This document shows, piece after piece, positions 21,910-32,256 of a stretch of DNA of 64,000 nucleotides; within the stretch, counting starts at the first letter, position 1, and every line of letters starts with the position of its first letter. This DNA is from Parachlamydiales bacterium (GTDB lineage Bacteria > Chlamydiota > Chlamydiia > Chlamydiales > SM23-39). The stretch lies in the NCBI GenBank assembly GCA_050302075.1, contig JBNLAH010000001.1, positions 196,157 through 260,156 on the forward strand, read 5' to 3'. A model generated the notes under the pieces. That model saw only the letters and a list, made by a program, of their open reading frames with translations. It did not search any database and had not been told where the DNA came from. Position numbers and translations under genes: made by a program.

Positions 21910-22905
21910 TTAAAACGCTAAGGAAAATGAAAATTCTTTTTTACCTTTAATATCTGACTTGGTCAATAAAGTTCCTGCTAAAAATAGTGTAAAGTCATAC
22001 CAAGCATGAAGTGCTACGCTTTCTTTTAATGATTTATTCTTATAAGTAAGAAAGCCAAAGTATGCTCCCAATGATGTTAAAAAAGGGAGGCTAAAAGAAT
22101 AATACCTCCAACGATCCTCTGGGGCTAAAGCAAGAGCATTGGGAAAATGAGCTAATCCAAAAATCAAAGAGGACATAGTAATGGCAGCCCATGGAGGTAG
22201 AGCTTTATAGAATAAAGGTTGAATAAAACCTCTAAAAAAAGATTCTTCCCCAATTCCAATGGGTAGAGCTGCTAGGGGTTTTATCTCATCATAAGAAAGG
22301 TTACAATGAACATGTGATACATTATGATAGGCGATTTCACTAATAATCACTGCTAAAGAAAGTGCCCCTAAAAAACCACCCCAAACTTCAGGTTTTTTTA
22401 GAATCTTAGGATTGAAAGGCGCAAAGCTTAAATCAGCAAAGCTGTTAATTGGTATATTTTCTGTATCGTTATTATAGATGTGGGTATCACGATAAGCTGC
22501 ATAAATTCCATAAAAACTTATATTTTGTGAAGCGACAAGACCTGAAAACTTAAGAGCACTGTTAGGATTACTTAGATTATTTAAGGCATAAGCTGTGCCG
22601 GAGCTACTAAAAAGGCCTCCAGCTGTTTTAAAGTCCCCAAGGTAAGTATGTCCAAGCCCTGGAATTAGATATGATAAACTAACTGCAATAAAAGTATTTT
22701 TCTTACGAGTAGGCATAATTAGTTTAGTATTAATACCCAAATCTTTTAAAGAGGTAGGTGAGAGTTCTAAATCGCTATGTCCAAGAACTATTAAATCTTC
22801 ACTTTGAAATTTCTTTTCATTAGAGGGCTTATCAATATCATCATCAGCATAAGCAACGGAAAAATAAAGAAAGAAAATAAAAGCAAATATTTTTAATTTT
22901 TTCAT
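21910..22905 (-). CDS. CPBP (CAAX protease/Abi) family intramembrane metalloprotease
   Basis: EESFFRG, FGLAH and HAWYD motifs; signal peptide. Confidence 0.85.
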   Translation of the reverse strand: MKKLKIFAFIFFLYFSVAYADDDIDKPSNEKKFQSEDLIVLGHSDLELSPTSLKDLGINTKLIMPTRKKNTFIAVSLSYLIPGLGHTYLGDFKTAGGLFSSSGTAYALNNLSNPNSALKFSGLVASQNISFYGIYAAYRDTHIYNNDTENIPINSFADLSFAPFNPKILKKPEVWGGFLGALSLAVIISEIAYHNVSHVHCNLSYDEIKPLAALPIGIGEESFFRGFIQPLFYKALPPWAAITMSSLIFGLAHFPNALALAPEDRWRYYSFSLPFLTSLGAYFGFLTYKNKSLKESVALHAWYDFTLFLAGTLLTKSDIKGKKEFSFSLAF

Positions 22906-23056
22906 GAAAAACCCAAATTCGAGGAAGAGAAGTATAAAAAGAGATCTTTTTTTTGTCTAATTAGTATTAATAAGGTCTTTAAGTCGCCTAATATGCCTTT
23001 ACAATTTTTCAAATCTATGTAAATAAAAAAAATAAAAGCGTTATTGAGGTTAAATA

Positions 23057-23398
23057 ATGAATTATAAAAGAATTTTGGGCATTGTGATTTTTCTTTGTGG
23101 AGTTGCGCTTGTAATTATTTCTGTTTATATAAAAAATCAAGTAGACGAAGGTAAATTAAAAATAGCAAAAGCAGAAAAACAGGTTGAAGGTGGAAAAAAA
23201 TTATTCTCGCTTAATCCAGTTACAAAAGAAGTTGGAAAGAAAGTAGTTATTGATCCGGCAGAGAGAAAAATAGCAAAAGGTAAGCAAGATGTGAACTATT
23301 ATGAGAGAATGTCAGATAGATTGATGATTATAGGGATAGTTTGTGGGGCACTAGGGTTTGTAGTTTTTTTATTCGGTAAGAAAAAGCGATCGTCTTAA
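23057..23398 (+). CDS. Two-TM hypothetical membrane protein
   Basis: TM at each terminus; stop overlaps the next start (TAATG). Confidence 0.7.
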   Translation: MNYKRILGIVIFLCGVALVIISVYIKNQVDEGKLKIAKAEKQVEGGKKLFSLNPVTKEVGKKVVIDPAERKIAKGKQDVNYYERMSDRLMIIGIVCGALGFVVFLFGKKKRSS

Positions 23399-24705
23399 TG
23401 GCTTTCTTTTCGGTAATAAAAGAGTATATTAAAACCAGTCTTTGGGTAATTCCATTGACAATGGGGTTATCTGCTCTTTTTTTATCAATTGGTCTTTTTT
23501 ATTTTGAGCTAGTAAATGGCCCAATAATTAGCTCAAGTCTATTAAAAAAAGTGAGCATAGGCTCTTTTTCAAATACTTTTAGTACATTACTTGCTGCAAT
23601 AGTTATGGTGTTTGGTATCTTGTTACCTATGATTTTTTCTATACTTGTTAAAACCTCAAATCAATTTTCGCCAAGAATATTAAGGATATACCGCTCATCA
23701 TTGGCTCCTAAACTATTGGTAGGGCTAATGCTAGCGACTATCCTTTATTTTATGAGCCTTCTCATAATAGCTAATTATTTTTCTTCTCAAATTATTTCTC
23801 CAGCCTCATTGATTTTTGCTTTTATGCTTGCCATATTAACAATCTATTCAATCCCATCTTTTTTTGATCAGTTTGCAACTAGCTTAGAGCCAGTATATAT
23901 TGTAAGTCACATAGCAAATGATTTAAAAGCCAAGTTAAAAAACTTGGATACCCTTAACTCCAGTGATGAATACACGAACTCAAGACAGGATCGTTCTTAT
24001 CTTGATCCAGAAAAATATCAAATTAAGATAAATTCACCTATTTCAGGGTATATTCAAACAATTGATTATCAAGAAATAGTTGAAATTTGCAAAGATCACT
24101 TAACTACGGCAGCAATTCCAGTGCGTCCAGGGGAATTTATATTGAAAGATAGTCCGATCCTTTTTTCAAACGAAAGACAGATGTTAAGCAGTAATGTAAA
24201 ACAACGTATATATAAATCTTTTGTCTTTAGTAGCAAATGTTCAAAGATTAGTGATTTAGAGTTTCAGCTAGATGAATTAGTTGGGATTGTAGTAAGAGCG
24301 CTATCTCCTGGCATAACTGACATAGCTACGGCAATTGAATGTGTTAATTATTTAGGTTTCACTAGCAACGAATTATTAAACCGCCGTCTTAAAAGTGGTA
24401 TTCATTTAGATAAGAAAAATAAACCAAGATTATATAGTAAGGAGTTTGATTTTTATGGATTCATACATGCGGCATTTGATCCAATTAGACAAAATATCAA
24501 TGCACAGCCAATGGTAGTTATACATGTACTTAAAGTTCTTCAGAATCTAACAAGTAACTGTAAATATAAAGATAGAGCTGTGATACTTGCAAATGTAGCT
24601 CTGCAATTTGTCAAGGAGGCTAAGAAGCAAGTTAGTGATTCTGACATGGATAGCATGCAACGATTTTTAGATTCAATTGAATCTAATGTTCATAAATTGA
24701 AATAG
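23398..24705 (+). CDS. DUF2254-like membrane protein
   Basis: SNQFSPRILR, SGYIQTID, RPGEFI and RALSPGITDIATA. Confidence 0.8.
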   Translation: MAFFSVIKEYIKTSLWVIPLTMGLSALFLSIGLFYFELVNGPIISSSLLKKVSIGSFSNTFSTLLAAIVMVFGILLPMIFSILVKTSNQFSPRILRIYRSSLAPKLLVGLMLATILYFMSLLIIANYFSSQIISPASLIFAFMLAILTIYSIPSFFDQFATSLEPVYIVSHIANDLKAKLKNLDTLNSSDEYTNSRQDRSYLDPEKYQIKINSPISGYIQTIDYQEIVEICKDHLTTAAIPVRPGEFILKDSPILFSNERQMLSSNVKQRIYKSFVFSSKCSKISDLEFQLDELVGIVVRALSPGITDIATAIECVNYLGFTSNELLNRRLKSGIHLDKKNKPRLYSKEFDFYGFIHAAFDPIRQNINAQPMVVIHVLKVLQNLTSNCKYKDRAVILANVALQFVKEAKKQVSDSDMDSMQRFLDSIESNVHKLK

Positions 24706-24706
24706 C

Positions 24707-26035
24707 TTATAAAAACTCAAAATCTTCAAAAATAATATTTTTTCGATTTACTCCAAGATTTACAAACTGTCTAGTCAAGTCGTTTGTCATTCTTTTTGGA
24801 CCACACATTAATATGCTACAATCTTTTAATTTTTCAATTTTTTCTTGGACTTTCAAAACATTCAAACGATTGTTTTGTTCGGAGCAAAAAAAGAAGAAAC
24901 TAAAGTTTGGAGCTTTCAAACTAATGTCTCGAAATTCATCTAGAAAAATTGCATCTGATTTTTTATGCACACAGTAAAAAAGGGTAACTTTCCTTGTAGC
25001 ATTTTTAGAATTACACAAGTCTTTAGACCATATTAAGAAAGGAGCAATACCAATTCCACCTGCTATCCAAATTTGTGAATTTTTAGCCTTTGTATAATTA
25101 AATTTTCCATAAGGACCTTCAACATAGGCAATGTCTTTTGTTTTTAGTTTATCATATAATGACTTAGTAAAATCGCCTCTTACCTTAACTACAATTGAAA
25201 TGCTTGAGCCTTTAGAATTTCCTAAAAGTGTAAAGGGGTGTGACTCACTAGTTAATGAACTTTTTTTAAAACTGAAAAAAGCATATTGCCCAGGTATAAA
25301 TGCTAAATAGTTTTTCTTAGGTTCGAATGTTGCTTTTATTGTACTTTCATTTAGTTTCTTAATTTTAACTACTTCATAAATTGGATAGCTTAAGAAAAAT
25401 TCATAGATTATTTGCTTATATATTATGCTAGAAAGACCAATTACCATTGGTATAAGAAGTAGAATTGTTGCAAGTTCAGACCTTCCAAAAAGTTTATAAG
25501 AAATTAAAAAATGAAATGATGCTAAAATAAACACAAGACTCATAAATTTATGACTTATTTTCCACTTGTCATAAGGAAATAGCTTAAGTAGCGTAATTCC
25601 AAGTATTATGATCATTAACCAAAAGCTATAAGAGCCCAAATTAACAGAAGATCTATCATGCAAAGGGAAGAGAAATAATAAAAACTTGTCTATTCTGTGA
25701 GGGATCCACTTAAGTGCTAGAATCAATGGGTGAGCTAATATAAAAGAAAACCCCCAAATACCCATTAAGATATGTGTTCTATAAATCTGATCAAGTCCAC
25801 CAAACCAATCTTCTAGTTTTTTCCATCTTGAAGATAAAAAAAGTGATAAAGAAAAAAAACAATATCCAACTAATCCCAAAAAAGACCCTAGTCCTTTTAA
25901 AATATGGTTGGCCCCAATGCCTTTCCATGAATTTGATGTGGCTAAAAGCCAAATAGAAGCTATGCATGCTGTGAAAAAAAAGCAAAATAAGGCACTTTTT
26001 TTATGCGACTTGAAGGAGTTTTTATCACTATTCAT
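24707..26035 (-). CDS. Ferric-reductase-like transmembrane/FNR flavoprotein
   Basis: GGLDQIYRTH, heme His pairs, PGQYAF, HPFT, EGPYG, IAGGIGIAPF, CGP and FEDF. Confidence 0.88.
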   Translation of the reverse strand: MNSDKNSFKSHKKSALFCFFFTACIASIWLLATSNSWKGIGANHILKGLGSFLGLVGYCFFSLSLFLSSRWKKLEDWFGGLDQIYRTHILMGIWGFSFILAHPLILALKWIPHRIDKFLLFLFPLHDRSSVNLGSYSFWLMIIILGITLLKLFPYDKWKISHKFMSLVFILASFHFLISYKLFGRSELATILLLIPMVIGLSSIIYKQIIYEFFLSYPIYEVVKIKKLNESTIKATFEPKKNYLAFIPGQYAFFSFKKSSLTSESHPFTLLGNSKGSSISIVVKVRGDFTKSLYDKLKTKDIAYVEGPYGKFNYTKAKNSQIWIAGGIGIAPFLIWSKDLCNSKNATRKVTLFYCVHKKSDAIFLDEFRDISLKAPNFSFFFFCSEQNNRLNVLKVQEKIEKLKDCSILMCGPKRMTNDLTRQFVNLGVNRKNIIFEDFEFL

Positions 26036-26055
26036 ATTTTTATTATTTAAGCTGT

Positions 26056-27045
26056 TTAAATAATTAATACAACAGATCCGTCTACTTTTCCTTGTTTAAT
26101 TACCTGCAAAGCTTCATTTGCTTGACTTAATGGGAAACTAGTTACTTGGCTCTCTACATGGATATCGTGTAAAAGTTTCATGAACTCTTTACCATCTTTT
26201 CTCGTCAAGTTAGCTACAGAAGACATAGATCTTTCTCCCCAAAGCAATGAATAGGGAAAAGAAGGTATGTCACTCATGTGAATTCCAGCGCTAATTACAC
26301 GACCTCCTTTTTTTACTGACTTAAGTGCTTGTATGTATAGTTCTCCTGCAGGAGCAAAAATAATACAACTATCTAGCAAGGAAGGAGGCGCTAAATCAGA
26401 CCCACCAGCCCAAATAGCCCCAAGGGACAAGGCAAAATCTTGTTTTTTTTTGTCTTTTGGCCTAGTAAAAACATATACTTCGTAATTTAATGATTTAGCT
26501 ATTTGAATTAGTAAATGAGCTGATGATCCAAATCCGTAAAAGCCAATTTTTTTACGAGCGTTAGCCAACTTAAAGGCTCTATATCCTATTAATCCCGCAC
26601 AAAGCAGTGGCGCCGCTTTTATATCTTCATAATAAGAGGGGATAGAAAGAATGTAATCTTCGTGGGCTGTGCAAAATTCTGCAAACCCACCATTTTTTGT
26701 ATATCCTGTAAATTCAGCACTCTCGCAGAGGTTTTCTTTTCCTTCTACGCAAAATTCACAGCTTTGACAGCTTTTTCCAAGCCAAGGCACTCCTATCCGA
26801 TCACCTATTTTAAATTTAGAAGCTTTGCTTCCTAGCTGCTCTATTGTACCAACAATTTGATGCCCTAAAATCAAAGGCAGGTCTACAGGCATAAGATCTT
26901 GATCGATAATATGTACATCAGTGCGGCAAACACCACATACATTTATCTTAATTAAAACTTCTTTTTCTTTAGGTTTTGGCTTAGGTATATCTTTTAAAGA
27001 TAAATTTTTCCCAAAACTTTCAAGAACCATGGCTTTCATATACAA
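26056..27045 (-). CDS. Zinc-dependent alcohol dehydrogenase family protein
   Basis: CGVCRTD.H, GHQIVG, CxxCxxC...C, APLLCAG and YGFGSSAH. Confidence 0.92.
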   Translation of the reverse strand: MYMKAMVLESFGKNLSLKDIPKPKPKEKEVLIKINVCGVCRTDVHIIDQDLMPVDLPLILGHQIVGTIEQLGSKASKFKIGDRIGVPWLGKSCQSCEFCVEGKENLCESAEFTGYTKNGGFAEFCTAHEDYILSIPSYYEDIKAAPLLCAGLIGYRAFKLANARKKIGFYGFGSSAHLLIQIAKSLNYEVYVFTRPKDKKKQDFALSLGAIWAGGSDLAPPSLLDSCIIFAPAGELYIQALKSVKKGGRVISAGIHMSDIPSFPYSLLWGERSMSSVANLTRKDGKEFMKLLHDIHVESQVTSFPLSQANEALQVIKQGKVDGSVVLII

Positions 27046-27135
27046 GACCTCTTTTCATATCAAAAAAACTTTAGGATTAAACTATAAGAAAAAAAATTGT
27101 TATGGTATGGAAAAATGAGGTTTTGAGGAGGTTAT

Positions 27136-27516
27136 ATGCATAATATTAGGCCATTTTGGGATTTTCCTTTGTTGAAAGAAGAATATTTTGATAACTCACT
27201 ATCTGGTTTAACAGTATCTGAAGATGATGAGCATGTTTACGTAGAAGCTCAAGTGCCAGGTGTTCCAATAGAAGATATTCATGTTGAATTTGAAGATGGT
27301 TATTTAACCATACACGCTGAAGTCAAAGAGGAAGAAAAGAAAAAAAAGTATTATAAAAAATCTCAAAATGTTTTTTCTTATTCTCTAAGCATTCCTGGAA
27401 AAATTGATACCAAAAGTGATATTAATGCCTTGTGTAAAAATGGCATTTTAAAAATTATTTTCAAAAAATTAGAAAGTAAGCCACCAGGTAAAAAAATCCA
27501 TGTAAGAGAAGAGTAA
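27136..27516 (+). CDS. Small heat shock protein (Hsp20/alpha-crystallin)
   Basis: VEAQVPGV..EDI.V....GYLTI and A.CKNGILKI. Confidence 0.88.
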   Translation: MHNIRPFWDFPLLKEEYFDNSLSGLTVSEDDEHVYVEAQVPGVPIEDIHVEFEDGYLTIHAEVKEEEKKKKYYKKSQNVFSYSLSIPGKIDTKSDINALCKNGILKIIFKKLESKPPGKKIHVREE

Positions 27517-27783
27517 GTGATTTAGCTTACGTTTGATACTATCTAGCTTAGTTTTTTAAAATATTTGGTATAAAAACAGTCAAAATTCCAAATTTGAATT
27601 AACCTACGTTATTTTTCTTTAGTTAGAATAGTTTAATAGTGTATCATTTCTTTCATGAAAACTCTTAATGATAGCTTAAGTATTTATTTTAAAGTCCCAT
27701 TTGTCGTGCGCTTAGCGCGCATGTAGTCTTTTTCTTTTAAATTTATAATCTAATTTCTTTCTAAAAATAAACTTGGTAGTTAT

Positions 27784-28878
27784 ATGAATAATTCAACAAG
27801 GCTATCTTCATTTGGGATTGGTCTTACAATATTTTCTATGTTTTTCGGAGCCGGTAATAGCATTTTTCCTCTTTACGTTGGAGTTGTATCAAAAGATCTT
27901 TGGTATATTTCTTTTCTAGGGCTTTTCTTGACGGCAGTTGTAATGCCAATTTTGGGGATCTTGGCAATTTTAAAATCAAAAGGGGATCCGATGCATTTTT
28001 TTGGAAGGATGGGAAAGCCATTTGGTTTTTTTATTGCCTTTTTTGTGATATGTTTACTAGGTCCATTAGGATCAACTCCAAGATGCATAGCTATTTCTTA
28101 TTCAACTTTGATCAGTAATAATTCAGTTCCAATGCCCTTATTTTCGTTATTTGCATGTCTATTAATTTTCTTTTGTTCTCTTAAGAAAAAATATATTTTA
28201 GCAATCATTGGATATATATTAACGCCGGTTCTACTTCTGTCTTTGATTAGTATTATTATAACAGGGCTGATATCTGAAGGCTCAGTACAAAAGCAAGTTG
28301 AAAGCACTCAAAATCTATTTTATTTTGGTCTTTTTGAAGGGTATAAGACCATGGACCTTCTGGCGTCATTTTTCTTTTCTTCTACAATATTAAGTATAAT
28401 TGCTGAATCGCAATCTTCAAAGCGTTTATTAATTAGAGGAGGGCTAATCGGAGGGGCAATGCTCACATTAATGTATATGGGGTTTTGTTTTATAGCAGGA
28501 ACCCATGCTGATTTTTTAAGCAGTGTTTCTCAAGAGCAATTACTAGGAAGATTGGCAGAGATATTACTGGGTGATAAAGCGTCTTTTATAGTAAAAATCA
28601 CAGTAGCTACAGCATGTTTGACAACAGCTATTGCTCTTGTTACTGCCTTTACAGATTTTTTGCAAACTAGATTATTAAAAAACAAATTTCCTTACCCGGT
28701 AGTACTTGCGAAGTCTTTGTTTTTGACTTTTTGCATATCTATATTCGAATTCTCACATATATCTAAAATGCTTTCTTTTATTTTGCAGATAATTTACCCA
28801 GGGTTGATTTTGCTGACCTTATTTAGTTGTTTTTTTAACCAAAGACAGGTGGTTTTTAGAGGGAAAAATTCTACCTAG
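27784..28878 (+). CDS. brnQ: Branched-chain amino acid permease (LIVCS)
   Basis: FSMFFGAGN.IFP, GY.TMDLLASFFF and ACLTTAIAL. Confidence 0.9.
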   Translation: MNNSTRLSSFGIGLTIFSMFFGAGNSIFPLYVGVVSKDLWYISFLGLFLTAVVMPILGILAILKSKGDPMHFFGRMGKPFGFFIAFFVICLLGPLGSTPRCIAISYSTLISNNSVPMPLFSLFACLLIFFCSLKKKYILAIIGYILTPVLLLSLISIIITGLISEGSVQKQVESTQNLFYFGLFEGYKTMDLLASFFFSSTILSIIAESQSSKRLLIRGGLIGGAMLTLMYMGFCFIAGTHADFLSSVSQEQLLGRLAEILLGDKASFIVKITVATACLTTAIALVTAFTDFLQTRLLKNKFPYPVVLAKSLFLTFCISIFEFSHISKMLSFILQIIYPGLILLTLFSCFFNQRQVVFRGKNST

Positions 28879-28957
28879 ATGTCATTTTGATTAGCATTGT
28901 TTTTAATCTTAAACCAAGGTAGCTTAGTAGCCTTTGTTTTTAACATAGGAGAAAAAA

Positions 28958-29539
28958 ATGAGAAAAACAATGTTCTTAGCAGCTTTATTTGTATGCATGA
29001 AGGCATTTTCATTACCTAGTGATTCTATTGATCAAAAAGTAGATGAGGAGCCAAGTCAACCAGTAATTTTGCAAAAGGTTTTCGAAAAAACAAAAAAAAA
29101 TAAAAACTGGAAAGCATCTGTACCTAGTGATTCTATTGATCAAAAAGTAGATGAGGATCAAAGTGAACCAGTAATTTTACAAAAGATATTCGAAAGAACG
29201 AAAAAAAATAAAAACTGGAAGGCATCTGTTAAAACAGGAGCTCATGAGCAGATTGTGTATATGGATATTTCGACTTCAACTACACCTGATAATGAAATTG
29301 GAAAATCAACTAGCTCATTTGATCAAGTAATCTTAATTGCAACCGGAGCTGCTAGGGTATCATTAAATGGAAAGACGTCATCAGTAAAAAACGGTGATAT
29401 GATTTTCATACCAAAAGGAACTGTATATAATATCTCTAATAAAAGCAGAGTCAGCAAACTAAAATTGGCAAGCTTTTGTTCTAATGTCTCTTCTCCTGAA
29501 GACATTGTCTATAAAAATAAGATAGATGAAAGAAGATAG
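28958..29539 (+). CDS. Exported cupin-domain protein with internal duplication
   Basis: Signal peptide; TGAHEQIVYM...GDMIFIPKGT..NI.N cupin pattern. Confidence 0.75.
   Translation: MRKTMFLAALFVCMKAFSLPSDSIDQKVDEEPSQPVILQKVFEKTKKNKNWKASVPSDSIDQKVDEDQSEPVILQKIFERTKKNKNWKASVKTGAHEQIVYMDISTSTTPDNEIGKSTSSFDQVILIATGAARVSLNGKTSSVKNGDMIFIPKGTVYNISNKSRVSKLKLASFCSNVSSPEDIVYKNKIDERR
29013..29229 (+). repeat. In-frame tandem duplication, 2 x 108 bp (36 aa)
   Basis: TACCTAGTGATTCTATTGATCAAAAAGTAGATGAGGA... begins at both 29013 and 29121. Confidence 0.95.
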
Positions 29540-29597
29540 TCAGTTTTGCATCTATTTTCATTGTTAATTAACCGTGGAATTAGATGCCATTTTAAGT

Positions 29598-30395
29598 CTA
29601 CAACATAGTCTTAAATATAAGGTCTTTTAAATTTGATATGAAAACTGGTCCTAAATACCAGTTGTAAATATTTTCTTTTTTTAAAAGGCCTAGTCTCTCT
29701 GCCATAATAGGTGTGAAGGTTGCATTTTCATGAGTTTTTCCAATATTAGAATACTCTTCTTCGGAAACTTCTATTAAAGGATTTTTATCAGGATTGCTAC
29801 CATTTTCCCACTTGCTGAAAGTTTCTCTTATGGACTCTGATCGTACTAGTCCCTGAGCTGCACAAGATATATAAACATCTCCTCGGTAGTTTTTTAGGAT
29901 ATTTTGCAAAATTGGAATAATAGCTTTTGTCAATATAGTTTTAGCTATTCCCTTATTTCGGTAGTCTGGAAGAATTTGGAACCAGCCTAGCTCAATTAAA
30001 AAAGTATCTTGAATGCAATTGTAAAGATCTAAAAATGACCTAAGAATGAGTTTTCCATCTTGGCTTTCTATAAAGCCTTTTTTGTGAAGAAATTTATGTG
30101 GAATGCAAATCAAAGTAGAAATACCAATGGTAGCTCCATTGTGTTTAATTAAGAAAACCTGTGATGTTTTATATTCTTTGTCAGGGCTGATTCCTGAAAA
30201 ACTACTATGCGCATCTTCAGTATCTTCAAATAATACTCTGCGGTCCATTCCCAACCCTTCCGGTAGATTCAGATCATCACTAGATTTTGCTGTTTGGACT
30301 GAATAGGTGATACCATTGCAAAATATATCTAGTTGGTTTGTGTTAAATGTTTGAAGGTACCTTTGTTGTGATGATACTGGTGATGCAGCTGCCAT
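29598..30395 (-). CDS. GNAT-fold acetyltransferase-like protein
   Basis: Motif A ILPDYRNKGIAK; Ser/Ala/Gln-rich N-terminus. Confidence 0.7.
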   Translation of the reverse strand: MAAASPVSSQQRYLQTFNTNQLDIFCNGITYSVQTAKSSDDLNLPEGLGMDRRVLFEDTEDAHSSFSGISPDKEYKTSQVFLIKHNGATIGISTLICIPHKFLHKKGFIESQDGKLILRSFLDLYNCIQDTFLIELGWFQILPDYRNKGIAKTILTKAIIPILQNILKNYRGDVYISCAAQGLVRSESIRETFSKWENGSNPDKNPLIEVSEEEYSNIGKTHENATFTPIMAERLGLLKKENIYNWYLGPVFISNLKDLIFKTML

Positions 30396-30531
30396 TGAAA
30401 TTCTCCAAAATTTTTGGACATTTTATGATTAAAAAAAAAGAAGTCCACTAAAAAAAATATTTCACACCTTAAGCGAGATGATAGTCTGGTGAACTGTTGA
30501 CAAGTCATATTGTTTTTGTTAACTAGAAAAA

Positions 30532-30684
30532 ATGATACGTAAGTTACCATCTGGGAAGTACAGGCTATATTCTAGAAAAAAAGATCCAAAAACAGGAAAA
30601 AGACGAAACCTGGGAACTTTCAATACTCGGAAGGCTGCTGAAAAGCACGAAAGAGAAATCCATTACTTCAAAGGACACAAATAG
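30532..30684 (+). CDS. 50 aa basic small protein (absent from the ORF track)
   Basis: MIRKLPSGKYRLYSRKKDPKTGKRRNLGTFNTRKAAEKHEREIHYFKGHK*; resembles a widespread conserved small-protein family (from recall). Confidence 0.8.
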   Translation: MIRKLPSGKYRLYSRKKDPKTGKRRNLGTFNTRKAAEKHEREIHYFKGHK

Positions 30685-30759
30685 AGTACTTTTAAGAGTT
30701 AAAGACTAAAAAAAAGTCCTCTGTTATTATCTTAAAAAAAGATAATTTTCTAGTCTACT

Positions 30760-31845
30760 ATGTCTACAAAACCAATTGCCTTTGATTTTTCTCTTTCTGA
30801 CTGGAAGGATTGGACAACTAAAGAATCCATACCTAATTATAGGGCAAAGCAAATTTTTGAATGGATATTTGAAAAAAATGTTACTGATCCATCTTTGTTT
30901 AGGAATCTACCCTTAGCAATTAGAGAGAAATTAATTACATCTTTTTGTTGGGAACCTCTCACTTTGGATTCTAGACTGACTTCAGAAGACGATAGTCAGA
31001 AACTTCTCCTTAAGACTAAGGATAATCTTTTGATAGAGCTTGTTATTATGCTATATGATAGACGCACAACACTTTGCGTTAGCTCTCAAGTAGGGTGTAG
31101 AATGGGATGCACCTTTTGCCAAACAGGAAAGATGGGATTTAAAAGGAACCTAACTTCCGGAGAGATTTTAGCTCAATTGCTAATAGCCAATCAAATATTG
31201 GAAAAAAGAAAAGTGACTAACATAGTTTTTATGGGGATGGGGGAGCCTCTAGACAACTATAATGCAGTAGTTAAAGCGTGCTCTATAATGATCGACCCTT
31301 TGGCTTTTAATTTATCTAAATCAAGAGTGACTATATCTACATCAGGGCTTGTTCCAGAAATCAAGAAATTAGGTTCTGATTTGCCGGTCAGATTGGCTAT
31401 ATCTCTGCATAATCCGGATAATGAGAAACGAAGTAAATTAATGCCAATCAATCGCAAATATAGCTTAGAAGAGCTGAAAAATGCTTTATTAGATTATCCG
31501 GCATCTTCTCGCCACGGAATTACTTTTGAATATGTGATGATTGAAGGGGTTAATGATAGCTTACAGGATGCAAAGAAATTAGTACACTTTCTGCATGGAA
31601 TAAAGGCTAAAGTAAATTTGATACCGGTGAACCCATTCCCAGGAGTTGCTATTACAGCTTCCACAGAAGAGCGCATTCGATCTTTTCAACTTTATTTGAC
31701 CTCTCGTTCTATCCCAGCTCCGGTCCGCTACAGTAAGGGGAAAGATGTTAGTGGAGGGTGTGGTCAACTTGCAGCAAAGAGAGAAAATGAATTAGATATG
31801 GATCCTAGAAAACTGAGCAAGTTAAGACGCTTAGCTTCATCTTGA
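30760..31845 (+). CDS. rlmN: 23S rRNA/tRNA m2A methyltransferase, radical SAM
   Basis: CVSSQVGCRMGCTFC, MGMGEPL, SLH, EYVMI and GCGQL. Confidence 0.93.
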   Translation: MSTKPIAFDFSLSDWKDWTTKESIPNYRAKQIFEWIFEKNVTDPSLFRNLPLAIREKLITSFCWEPLTLDSRLTSEDDSQKLLLKTKDNLLIELVIMLYDRRTTLCVSSQVGCRMGCTFCQTGKMGFKRNLTSGEILAQLLIANQILEKRKVTNIVFMGMGEPLDNYNAVVKACSIMIDPLAFNLSKSRVTISTSGLVPEIKKLGSDLPVRLAISLHNPDNEKRSKLMPINRKYSLEELKNALLDYPASSRHGITFEYVMIEGVNDSLQDAKKLVHFLHGIKAKVNLIPVNPFPGVAITASTEERIRSFQLYLTSRSIPAPVRYSKGKDVSGGCGQLAAKRENELDMDPRKLSKLRRLASS

Positions 31846-32000
31846 TCTTACTTAGATCAAAAGAAAAATCAAAATCATTCATTTAATTCAGGCTTAGATA
31901 ATTAAAGTTTTAATCTGCATCAGTTTCGTTTAATTCAATTAAAAAAAAATTTACAATAAATACTTGTTTGTTAATATAAAAAAAAGGAGGAGGTATTTTT

Positions 32001-32186
32001 ATGAAGACTATTAGAGCATTATCAATAATTGCTTTAGCTGCATACTTGATCTTTCAAGGTTTATATTATTTAGCTGAGTTAACATCACCTGTAACTCATG
32101 CAGCTATTGGTATTTTAGGTTTAGGTGCTGGAGTACTTATGTTCATTTCTCTTGGACATTGGGTCGATGTTTCTAAAGAAAAATAA
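32001..32186 (+). CDS. Small two-TM protein
   Basis: Strong AGGAGGAGG RBS; followed by hairpin TTCCTAGCC...GGCTAGGAA. Confidence 0.7.
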   Translation: MKTIRALSIIALAAYLIFQGLYYLAELTSPVTHAAIGILGLGAGVLMFISLGHWVDVSKEK

Positions 32187-32256
32187 TCTGGGATACAAGA
32201 AAAACTAATTTCCTAGCCTGATTAAAGAGAGGGCTAGGAAGTTTAATTTCATATTC

